Assembly: GCA_036785375.1 (NCBI GenBank)
Contig: JAWMAR010002335.1
Location: forward strand, 62,309-126,000
DNA length: 63,692 nt
Direction of reading: 5' to 3'
Source of the DNA: Leucoraja ocellata
Taxonomy: Eukaryota
Within the stretch, counting starts at the first letter, position 1. Every line of letters starts with the position of its first letter. Under the pieces are notes generated by a model, which saw nothing but the letters and a program-made list of their open reading frames with translations, was not told where the DNA came from and did no database searches. The position numbers and the translations under genes are program-made. Below are positions 52,435-63,692 of this stretch, piece after piece.

Positions 52435-55400
52435 AAAAGTCAATTTCTTTGCACCTATAGAATGGAACCATTTAATCACAGCTAAGCAATGTCGGTATAT
52501 CTGCTGGAGTCATAGAAACATAGAAAATAGGTGCAGGAGTAGGCCATTCAACCCTTCGAGCCTGCACCGCCATTCAATATGATCATGGCTGATCATCCAA
52601 CTCAGTACCCTGCATCTGACTTCTCTCCATACCCCCTGATACCTTTAGCCACAAGGTCCACATCTAACTCCCTCTTAAATACAGCCAATGAACTGGCCTC
52701 AACTACCTTCTATGGCAGAGAATACCAGAAATTCACCACTATCGGTGTGAAAAACGTTTTTCTCATCTCGGTCCTAAAGGATTTCCCCTTTACCCTTAAA
52801 CTGTGACCCCTTGTTCTGGACTTCCCCAACATCGGGAACAATCTTCTTGCATCTAGCCTGTCCAACTCCTTAAGAATTTTGTAAGTTTCTATAAGGTCCC
52901 CCCTCAATCTTCTAAATTCCAGCGAGTACAAGCCGAGTCTATCCAGCCTTTCTTCATATGAAAGTCCTGACATCCGAGGAATCAGTCCGGTGAACCTACT
53001 CTGTACTCCCTCTATGGCAAGAATGTTTTTCCTCAGATTAGGAGACCAAAACTGTACATGATCATATTGAATGGCGGTGCAGGCTCGAAGGGCCGAATGG
53101 CCTACTCCTGCACCTAATTTCTATGTTTCTATAATACTCCAGGTGTGGTCTCACCAATAGCCTGTACAACTGCAGCAGAACCTCCCTGCTCCGATACTCA
53201 AATCCTATTGCTATGAATGCTAACATACCATTCGCTTTCTTCACTGCCTGCTGCACCTGCATGCCTGCTTTCAATGACTGGTGTACCATGACACCCAGGA
53301 CTCGTTGCATCTCCCCTTTTCCGAATCGGCCACCATTTAGATCATAGTCTACATTCCGGTTGTTGCCACCAAAGTGGATAACCTCACATTTATCCACATT
53401 GTACTGCATCTGCCATGCATTTGCCCTTTCACCCAGCCTATCCAAGTCACCTTGCAGCCTCCTAGTATCCTCCTCACAGCTAACACTGCCCCTCACCCCC
53501 AGCTTCGTGTCATCTGCAAACCTGGAGATGTTGCCTTCAATTCCCTCGTCCAAATCATTAATATATATTGTAAATAGCTGGGGTCCCAGCACTGAGCCTT
53601 GCGGTAGCCCACTAGTCACTGCCTGCCATTCTGAAAAGGACCCGTTTACTTCTACTTTTTTCTTCCTGTTTGCTAGCCAGTTCTCTATCCACATCAATAC
53701 TGAACCCCCAATACCGTGTGCTTTAAGTTTGCATACTAATCTCTTATGTGGGACCTTGTCGAAAGCCTTATGAAAGTCCAGATATAACACATCCACTGGT
53801 TCTCCCCTATCCACTCTACTAGTTACATCCTCGAAAAATTCTATAAGATTCGTCAGACATGATTTACCTTTCGTAAATCCATGCTGACTTTGTCCAATGA
53901 TTTCATCACTTTCCAAATGTGCTGCTATCCCATCATTAATAACTGACTCTAGCAGTTTCTCATTTTCTCTCTCCCTCCTTTTTAAAAAGTGGGTTACATT
54001 AGCTACCCTCCAATCCTCAGGAACTACTCCAGAATCTAAAGGGTTTTGAAAAATTATCACTAATGCATCCACTATTTCTGGAGCTACTTCCTTAAGTACT
54101 CTGGGATGCAGCCTATCCGGCTCTGTGGATTTATCGGCCTTTAATCCATTCAATGTATCTACCACCACTTCCCGACTAACCTGGATTTCCTCCGTCTCAT
54201 TTGACCCCTGGTTGATTATTTATGTCTTCCTTTGTGAAGACGGAACCAAAGTAGTTATTCAATTGGTCTGCCATGTCCTTGTTCCCCTGCTGTGAGGAGG
54301 ATGCTAGGAGACTGCAAGGTGACTTGGATAGGGTGGGTGAGTGGACAAATGTTTGGCAGATGCAGTATAATGTGGATATATGTGAGGTTATCCATTTTGG
54401 TGGCAAAAACGGGAAAGCAGACTATTATCTAAATGGTGGCCGATTGGGAAAGGGGGAGATGCAGCGAGACCTGGGTGTCATGGTACACCAGTCATTGAAG
54501 GTAGGCATGCAGGTGCAGCAGGCAGTAAAGAAATCAAATGGTATGTTAGCTTTCATTGCAAAAGGATTTGAGTATAGGAGCAGGGAGGTTCTACTGCAGT
54601 TGTACAGGGTCTTGGTGAGACCACACCTGGAGTATTGCGTACAGTTTTGGTCTCCAAATCTGAGGAAGGACATTATTGCCATAGAGGGAGTGCAGAGACG
54701 GTTCACCAGACTGATTCCTGGGATGTCAGGACTGTCTTGTGAAGAAAGACTGGATAGACTTGGTTTATACTCTCTAGAATTTAGGAGATTGAGAGGGGAT
54801 CTTATAGAAACTTTCAAAATTCTTAAGGGGTTGGACAGGCTAGACGCAGGAAGATTGTTCCCGATGTTAGGGAAGTCCAGGACAAGGGGTCGCAGCTTAA
54901 GGATAAGGGGGAAATCCTTTAAAACCGAGATGAGAAGAACTTTTTTCACACAGAGAGTGGTGAATCTCTGGAACTCTCTGCCACAGAGGGTAGTTGAGGC
55001 CAGTTCATTGGCTATATTTAAGAGGGAGTTAGATGTGGCCCTTGTGGCTAAGGGGATTAGGGGGTATGGAGAGAAGGCAGGTACGGGATACTGAGTTGGA
55101 TGATCAGCCATGATCATATTGAATGGCGGTGCTGGCTCGAAGGGCCGAATGGCCTACTCCTGCACCTAATTTCTATGTTTCTATGTTTCTATGATCTATT
55201 CACCTGTTGCTGACTGCAAGACACCTACATTTATTTTAACTTATCTCTTTCTCTTCACGTATCTATAAAAACGTTTGCAGTCAGTTTTTATGGTCCCTGC
55301 CAGTTTTCTTTCATAATCTATTTTCCCTTTCCTAATTAAGCCCTTTGTCCTCCTCTGCAGGTCTTTGAATTTCTCCCAGTCCTCTGGTAGGCTGCTTTTT

Positions 55401-56524
55401 CTGGCATTTGTTCGCTTCATCTTTTGTTTTGATACTATCCCTGATTTCCCTTGTTATCCAGGATGCACTACCTTCCCTGATTTATTCTTTTGCCAAACTG
55501 GGATGAACAATTGTTGTAGTTCATCCATGCAGACTTTAAATGCCTTCCATTGCATATCCACCGTCAATCCTTTAAGAATTAATTGCCAGTCAATCTTGGC
55601 CAACTCACGCATACATTCCAAGAAATCCTCTTCCTCAGCACCCCTGCCAATTTGATTCACCCAATCCATATGTAGATTGAAGTCACCCATTATAACTGTT
55701 TTACCTTTGTCGCACGCATTTCTAATTTCCTGTTTGATACCATCTCCAACTTCACTACTCCTGTTAGGTGGCCTGTACACAACTCCCACTAGCGTTTTCT
55801 GCCCCTTAGTGTTTCACAGCTCTACCCATATGGATTCCACATCCTCCAAACTAATGTCCTTCCTTTCTATTGCGTTAATCTCCTCTCTAACCAGCAACGC
55901 TACCCCACCTCCTTTTCCTTTCTCTCTATCCCTCCTGAATATTGAATATCCCTGGATGTTCAGCTCCCAGCCTTGGTCACCCTGGAGCCATGTCTCCGTG
56001 ATCCCAACTATATCATAATCATTAATAGCTATTTGCACATTCAACTCATCCACCTTATTACGAATGCTCCTTGCATTGAGACACAAAGCCTTCAGGCTTG
56101 TTTTTACAACACTCTTACCCCTTATACAATTATGTTGAAAAGTGGCCCTTTTTGATTTTTGCCCTGGATTTGTCTGCCTGCCACGTTGACTTTTCACCTT
56201 GCTACCTATTGCTTCTATAAGAGGAATATTTAATTTTAAGAAACAAAGAGTCCGTACGACTAGAAAAACCTTTTGTATTTCGGTTTGTGGAGTAGGAGTG
56301 TGGCACAAATTGAACGAGGAATTAAAGCAATGTACAAACATGAATCATTTTAAAATGATATATAAAAAAATAATTTTCAAGGGGTGAAGGGGATGGTTGA
56401 CAAGTGGGGGTTAATGTTTGTCTATTGCTTTACAATTGTTTACTTATGTTTGGTTACTTCATATATGAAGTTTGTATGTGTATAATAGTTGTGTGTATAT
56501 ATATGTCTTTTTGTTTTTTTTAAT

Positions 56525-59500
56525 ATAACCATATAACCATATAACAATTACAGCACGGAAACAGGCCATCTCGGCCCTACAAATCCATGCCGAACAAAAA
56601 ATGTTTCCCCTTAGTCCCACCTGCCTGCACTCGTACCATAACCCTCCATTCCCTTCTCATCCATATGCTTATCCAATTTATTTTTAAATGATACCAATGA
56701 ACCTGCCTCCACCACTTCCACTGGGAGCTCATTCCACACCGCCACCACTCTCTGCGTAAAGAAGTTCCCCCTCATATTACCCCTAAACTTCTGTCCCTTA
56801 ATTCTGAAGTCATGTCCTCTTGTTTGAATCTTCCCTATTCTCAAAGGGAAAAGCTTGTCCACATCAACTCTGTATATCCCTCTCATCATTTTAAAGACCT
56901 CTATCAGGTCCCCCCTTAACCTTCTGCGCTCCAGAGAATAAAGACCTAACTTATTCAACCTATCTCTGTAACTTAGTTGTTGAAACCCAGGCAACATTCT
57001 AGTACATCTCCTCTGTACTCTCTCTATTTTGTTGACATCCTTCCTATAATTTGGCGACCAAAATTGTACCCCATACTCCAGATTTGGTCTCACCAATGCC
57101 TTGTACAATTTTAACATTACATCCCAGCTTCTATACTCAATGCTCTGATTTATAAAGGCTAGCATACCAAAAGCTTTCTTTACCACCCTATCTATTTGAG
57201 ATTCCACCTTCAAGGAACTATGCACGGTTATACCCAGATCCCTCTGTTCAACTGTATTCTTCAATTCCCTACCATTTACCATGTACGTCCTATTTTGATT
57301 TGTCCTGCCAAGGTGTAGCACCTCACATTTATCAGCATTAAACTCCATCTGCCATCTTTCAACCCATTTTTCCAAATGGCCTAAATCACTCTGTAGACTT
57401 TGGAAATCCTCTTCATTATCCACAACACCCCCTATCTTGGTATCATCTGCATACTTACTAATCCAATTTACCACACCTTCATCCAGATCATTGATGTACA
57501 TGACAAACAACAAAGGACCCAACACAGATCCCTGAGGCACCCCACTAGTCACCTGCCTCCAACCCGATAAACAGCCATCCACCATTACCCTCTGGCTTCT
57601 CCCATTCAGCCACTGTTGAATCCATCTTGCTATTCCTGCATTTATACCCAACAGTTGAACCTTCTTAACCAACCTTCCATGAGGAACCTTGTCAAAGGCC
57701 TTACTAAAGTCCATATAGACAACATCCACTGCTTTACCCTCGTCAATTTCCCTAGTAACCTCTTCAAAAAATTCAAGAAGATTAGTCAAACATGACCTTC
57801 CAGGCACAAATCCATGTTGACTGTTCCTAATCAGACCCTGTTTATCTAGATGCTCATATATATTGTCTCTAAGTATCTTTTCAATTAATTTGCCCACCAC
57901 TGAAGTCAAACTAACAGGTCTATAATTGCTAGGTTTACTCTTAGAACCCTTTTTAAACAATGGAACAACATGCGCAGTACGCCAATCATCTGGGACTATT
58001 CCCGTTTCTAATGACATTTGAAATATTTCTGTCATAGCCCCGGCTATTTCTACACTAACTTCCCTCAATGTCCTAGGGAATATCCTGTCAGGACCTGGAG
58101 ACTTATCCACTTTTATATTTTTCAAAAGTGTCAGTACTTCTTTTACTTTGAACCTCATAGTATCCATAGCTACTCTACTAGTTTCCCTTACCTCACATAA
58201 TTCAATATCCTTCTCCTTGGTGAATACCGAAGAAAAAAAATTGTTCAATATCTCCCCCATCTCTTTTGGCTCTGCAGATAGCTGTCCACTCTGTCTCTCC
58301 AATGGACCAATTTTATCCCTCGTTATCCTTTTGCTATTAATATAGCTGTAGAAACCCTTTGGATTGACTTTCACCTTATTTGCCAAAGCAACCTCATATC
58401 TTCTTTTAGCTTTTCTAATTTCTTTCTTAAGATTCTTTTTACATTCCTTATACTCCTCAAGCACCTCATTTACTTCATGCTGCCTATAATTATTGTAGAT
58501 CTCCCTCTTTTTCCGAACAAGATGTCCAATTTCCCTTGAAAACCAGGGCTCTTTCCAATTTTTACTGTGTCCTTTCAACCGAACAGGAACATAAAGATTC
58601 TGTACTCTTAAAATTTCCCCTTTAAATGTCCTCCATTTCTCTTCTACACCTTTCCCATAAAACAAAATGTCCCAGTTCACTCCTTTTAAATCATCTCGCA
58701 TCGCATCAAAGTTAGCCTTTCTCCAATCAAAAATCTCAACCCTAGGTCCAGTTCTGACCCTCTCCATAATTATCTTGAAACTAATGGTATTGTGATCACT
58801 GGACCCGAAGTGCTCCCCAACGCATACCTCCGCCACCTGTCCAGTCTCATTTCCTAACAGGAGGTCCAGCACTGCCCCTCCTCTAGTAGGTACCTCTATG
58901 TATTGCTGCAAAAAAACTATCCTGCACACATTTTACAAACTCCAACCCATCCAGCCCATTTACAGAATGTGTTTCCCAGTCTATGTGTGGAAAGTTGAAA
59001 TCTCCCACAATCACTAACTTGTGCTTACGACTAATATCTGCTATCTCCTTACATATTTGCTCTTCCAATTCTCGTTCCCCGTTTGGCGGTCTATAATACA
59101 CCCCTATAAGAGTTGCTACACCTTTCCCACTTCTCAATTCCACCCAAATAGCCTCCCTAGATGAGCCCTCCAATCTATCCTGCCAAAGCACTGCTGTAAT
59201 ATCTTCCCTGACTAGCAATGCAACACCTCCACCTCTTGCCCCTCCAATTCTATCACACCTGAAGCAGCGAAATCCTGGAATATTTAGTTTCCAATCACAG
59301 CCCTCCTGCAACCACGTTTCACTGATCGCCACAACATCATACTTCCAGGTGTCTATCCAGACTCTAAGCTCATCAACCTTTCTTACAATGCTCCTAGCAT
59401 TAAAATATGCACATTTAAGAAAACCCCCGTCACTTATTCTCTGTTTATTTCCTTTTTTTTCTTTCTCCTCTTGTGTCCGAGTGCTTCCCATTTCTGCTTC

Positions 59501-60078
59501 CTGCCTCCCATTCTGTCTACTACCTTTCGCTATTTGAGTCCCTCGCCCCAACCATTCTAGTTTAAAGTCTCCCCAGCTGCCTTTGCAAATTTCCCCGCTA
59601 GGATATTGGTCCCCCTCGGGTTCAAGTGCAACCCATCCTTTCTGTACAGGTCCCACCTTCCCCAAAAGAAGTCCCAATGATCCAGGAACTTGAATCCCTG
59701 CCCTCTGCACCAGTCTTTCAGCCACGCATTTATCCTCCACCTCGCTCCATTCCTACTCTCACTGTCGCGTGGCACAGGCAGTAATCCTGATATGGTTACC
59801 TTTTTGGTCCTTTTTCTTAACTCTCCTCCCAACTCCCTAAATCCTCCCTTCAGGACCTCTTCCCTTTTTTTCCTATGTCATTGGTACCTATATGTACCAC
59901 GACCTCAGGCTCCTCTCCCTCTGATTTAAGGATATCTTGGATGCGTTGAGACACGTCCGAGACCTTGGCACCAGGGAGGCAGACCACCATCCTGGTCTCC
60001 CGACTGCGTCCACAGAATCGCCTATCCGACCCCCTAACAATAGAGTCCCCAATTATTATGGCCCTCTATTTTTCCCTA
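56525..60078 (-). mobile_element. Young, nearly complete CR1 LINE (ORF1 3' half + ORF2 endonuclease/RT)
   Basis: A 772-aa ORF and the endonuclease ORF (NARSI...SETWL...GGGVA...YYRPPN...GDFN) are separated by one frameshift at an A-run (~58910); (ataaccat)n tail. Confidence 0.95.
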
Positions 60079-60079
60079 G

Positions 60080-60942
60080 CTATAAACTTTTTTGTTTATT
60101 TAGTTATGTAAAAGTGTGTTTTTTTGTGTTTTTTTGGTGTTTTTATGTGGAGGAAGGCACGGTGCGGGGGATACCGTCCTTCAGCCACTTCCTGGTGAGG
60201 ACGCGACTATTATTCGAGTCGCGTCCTCGCCCTCCCCCCTCCCCCCACAGCGGCCTACCTACCTGGATTGGCGCGGCCTTTCCTGCCGGGATCGACCGGA
60301 GCTCCAGCAGCGGCGGGACAGCGCTGAAACATCGCGGGCTGGCGATGCCTTACCGGGGGTCGCCGTCTGGAGCCCGGAGTGCTGGACCTGCTGCACTGAC
60401 ATCATGGAGCTGCGGTTTGCGGAGCTCCCAACGCGGGCAGCGCTGATGGACAGCGCGGGGTCCTGTGACTCTGCCCGGCTCAGCCTGTGGACTCAGGAGC
60501 TGCAGACTCCGGCAGCGGGAGGCGGCTGATCAGGAGGTCCGGGCCGCTGAGGAGGAGGATGTTCACCGTCGGGGTTCGGCGTCGGCGTTCCACCAGCCCG
60601 GCGTGAGGGCCTGAACATCGGGCCACCCGGGGCGGCGACTGCGGGTGCTCGGAAGGCCCCGACCACGGATGAACACGGAGGGGAGGCTGGCTGGACTATG
60701 GTGCCATCCTCACCTTGGTGCCATTTATGTTATGTTGTGTCGTGGACTTTCTGTGTTTGTGCTTTTTTTTTTAATTCAATCTCAATTTTATTTTTAATAT
60801 GTTTTATTATTTATTTATTATTTATTTATTTGTTTATGATTTTTTTTAATGATACTGCCTGTAAGGGAAATTCATTTCGTTATCTCAAATTGAGACAATG
60901 ACAATAAATTTGAATACAATACAATACAATACAATACAATAC
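60080..60942 (+). mobile_element. GC-rich non-autonomous retroelement
   Basis: GC-rich body, gacaataaa and (aatac)n tail; no coding motifs. Confidence 0.55.
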
Positions 60943-62254
60943 AGTCTGTAGGTATTATGGGAAATTGCCTGGGGTAGTATTATTATTATTAATTAATTGA
61001 TTTTTAAATATGGTAGAAGTGTTGGGGAAAAGGGGTGAGATTTAATAAGTTATTCTTCTTCTCACTCCTTTTCGAGCTTGTACAGACACAGAGTTGGACA
61101 TTGGAAATTTGCTTTTTGTTCTTTTCTTTGCTTGTAAATATTGATTGTAATGTCCAATTGTTTGATAATTTCGATTTTGTTACTATTAATGTCTTTAATG
61201 TCTTTACTTGTTCGGAATAAATAAAATAAATAAAAATAAAATAAATACCCCCATTTTACACCCCTCTGTCTCTCTGCTCACATATTTAAGAACCCCACCA
61301 CCTCTTATTCTATGTTTATTCTTTTGTTCTTCTTCCCCCCCCGTCCCCCCTACATGTTGGGTCTGAGTAGCTTTCTCTATTTGAATCCCTCCCCCAACCA
61401 TTCTAGTTTAAAGTCTCCCCAGTAGCCTTTGCAAATCTCCCCACCATATTTTGGTCCCCCTCGGGTTCAAGTGCAACCCATCCTTTTTGTACATGTCACA
61501 CCTTCCACAAAAGAGGTCCCAATGATCCAGAAACTTGAATCCCTGCCCTTTGCACCAGTCTTTCAGCCACTCATTTATCCTCCACCTCGCTCCATTCCTA
61601 CTCTCACTGTCGCGTGGCACAGGCAGTAATCCTGAGATTGTTACCTTTGTGGTCCTTCTCCTTAACTGTCTACCTAACTCCCTAAATTTTCCTTTCAGGA
61701 CCTCTTCTCTTTTTCTACCTATGTCATTGTAACCTATAAATACCACAACCTCAGGCTCCTCTCCCTCCCATTTCAGGATATCTTGGACACCTTCAGACAC
61801 ATCCCAGACCCTGGCACCAGGGAGGCAAACAACCATCCAGGTCTCCAGACTGCGTCCACAGAATCGTGTGTCTGACCCCCTAACTATAGAGTCTCCTATT
61901 ACTACTGCCCTCCTCTTCTTTTCCTTATCCTTCTGAGCAACAGGGCCGGTATCTGTACTGGAGGCCCGGCCGCTGTTGCTACCCCCAGCTAGGCCACCCC
62001 CCCCAACAGTACTTAAACAGGAGTACTTATTGTCAAGGTCACTCCGCGGGCAATGACACCACTGGTAAATACATCGTTATCTTCATAAACATTGTTCGTT
62101 GATATTCTACAAGGGCAGAGGATGTACAGCTAATATAATGAGCAAAGCCCCCAAACTATTTTTTTAAACCAATATTATAGGGGAGGGTAATCCTTGACGA
62201 GACCTAATGACAAAGTTCCTTTGGCTCTTTCACCCCAAATACACTGAGACAGAC

Positions 62255-63692
62255 TAATCTTCTGGAATCTTTTGAGGATGTAACAAGTAGAATGAATAAG
62301 GGGAGCCAGTGGATGTAGTGTATCTGGACCTTCAAAAAGGCCCTACGCAAGATATTAGTGTGCAGAATTAGAGCACATGGTATTGGTGGTAGGGTATTGA
62401 CACGGATAGATAATTGACAGAAAGCAAAGAGTACGAATTAACGGGTCCTTTTCAGAATGGCAGGGAGGGAGTAGTGGGTTGTCGCAAGGCACAGTGCTGG
62501 GACCCCAGTTACTTACAATATATATTAACGAATTAGACGATGGGAATTAAATGCAACATTAGCAAATTTGCAGATGACACAAAGCTGGGTGGCAGTGTGA
62601 ACTGTGAGGAGGATGCTATGAGAATGGAGGGTGACTTGGACAGGTTGGGGGAGTGGGCAGATGCATGGCAGATGAAGTTTAAGGCAGATAAATGTGAGGT
62701 TATGCACTTTGGTAGCAAAAACAGGAAGGCTGATTACTATCTAAATGGCGTCAAGTTAGGAAAAGGGGAAGTACAACGGGATCTGGGGATCCTTGTTCAT
62801 CAGTCTATGAAAGTAAGCATGCAGGTACAGCAGGCAGTGAAGAAAGCGAATGGCATGATGGTCTTTATAACAAGAGGAATCGAATATAGGAGCAAAGAGG
62901 TCCTTCTGCAGTTATACAGAGCCCTAGTGAGACCACACCTGGAGTATTGTGTGCAGTTTTGGTCCCCTAATTTGAGGAAGGACATTCTTGTTATTGAGGG
63001 AGTGCAGTGTAAGTTTACAAGGTTAATTCCCGGGATGGCGGGAATGTCATATGCTGAGAGAATGGAGCAGCTGGGCTTGTACACTCTAAAGTTTAGAAGG
63101 ATGAGAGGATATCTCATTGAAACATATAAGCTTGTTAAGAGCTTGGACATGCCAGAGGCAGGAAACATGTTCCCAATGTTGGGGGAGACCAGAACCAGAA
63201 CCATGATCATGCTCAAAGGGCCGAATAGCCTACTCCTGCACCTATTGTCTATTGACAAAGATAGGTGGAAGAGTGAACTGAGAGGAGGATGCTATGAGCC
63301 TGTAGGGTGACTTGGATAGGTTGGGTGATTGGGCAGCTGCATGGCAGATGCAGTATAATGTGGATAAATGTGAGGTTATACACTTTGGTGTCAAGATCAC
63401 GAAGGCAGATTATTATCTGAATGGTGTCAGATTAGGAAAAGGGGAGATGCAATGAGACCTGAGTGTGCTTGTACATCAGTCACTGAAAGTAAGCATGCAG
63501 GTACAGCAGGCAGTGAAGAAAGCTAATGGCATGTTGGCCTTCATTGCGAGAGGATTTGAGATTAGGAACAAGGAGGTCCTACTGTAGTTGTACAAGGCTG
63601 TGGTGAGACCACACCTGGAGTATTGTCTGCAGTTTTGGTCTCCTAATTTGAGGAAGAACATTCTTGTTATTGAGGGGGTGCAGGTAGGTTTA
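62255..63692 (+). mobile_element. CR1 LINE RT fragments (two partial copies)
   Basis: ISKFADDTKLGG...[13 protein letters not shown] motifs, repeated at 63285-63692. Confidence 0.9.

Larger units (their letters stand above)
52513..62037 (-). mobile_element. Large nested CR1 insertion: outer CR1 (3' end at 52513, ORF1 at 61250-62037) containing further LINEs
   Basis: Minus-strand ORF2 pieces 52513-54288 and 55195-56217 and ORF1 esterase 61408-61836; plus-strand CR1 at 54288-55193; other inserts at 56218-61245. Confidence 0.85.
50177..62250 (+). repeat. Local segmental duplication, copy B, split in three by retroelement insertions
   Basis: Shared blocks include tgtaatctgagatc, attctgccgaatcagaatatcc, catgaagtgagcgcttctgcgtgaaggtcactg, cggtatatctgctggagtca and gggcaatgacaccactggtaaatacat. 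Confidence 0.9.

Noticed and set aside
54425-55117. Recurrent antisense ORFs (MIMADHPTQYPVPAF..., MPPKWITSHLSTLY...)
   Set aside because: Shadow frames on the opposite strand of CR1 ORF2, not host genes.
15700-63692. A second Ig cluster, IgW/IgNAR/TCR segments or any other host gene upstream
   Set aside because: No V, J, C1-set or RSS signatures seen; every recognisable ORF belongs to a transposable element. Small exons in gaps or unique islands cannot be excluded.

Overview
Cartilaginous-fish genomic DNA, most consistent with a skate (Rajidae; judged from memory of skate IgM sequences, not from a search), with five N gaps. The only host gene is one cluster-type IgM heavy-chain gene on the minus strand: leader (15513-15558), VH (15014-15337), JH (14590-14636), Cmu1-Cmu4 with secretory tail (8354 down to 2408). 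No transmembrane exons are visible in the window. The VH has no 23-RSS and there are no free D segments. It runs in frame into 17 extra nt and then a 12/13-spacer RSS facing the JH 23-RSS 377 nt away, so it looks like a germline-joined V-D-D gene. The single JH has a 1-nt deletion in the WGxG motif. The J-C intron holds a diverged inverted repeat whose best-conserved block carries an Ig octamer, an E-box and a CRE half-site, a candidate intronic enhancer. The other ~48 kb is nested transposon debris: many CR1/HER1-type LINEs, Rex1-like, L1-like and Penelope-like fragments, V-SINEs, hAT and Harbinger-like MITEs, a structurally complete but decayed DIRS1-type retrotransposon (41885-48476), and a ~1.7-kb tandem duplication whose second copy is split by more than 10 kb of insertions. 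Repeat boundaries are by eye and approximate; Ig exon and RSS boundaries were read base by base. I found no convincing wholly new system. The strongest leads are the pre-joined VDD with a crippled J and the candidate enhancer.
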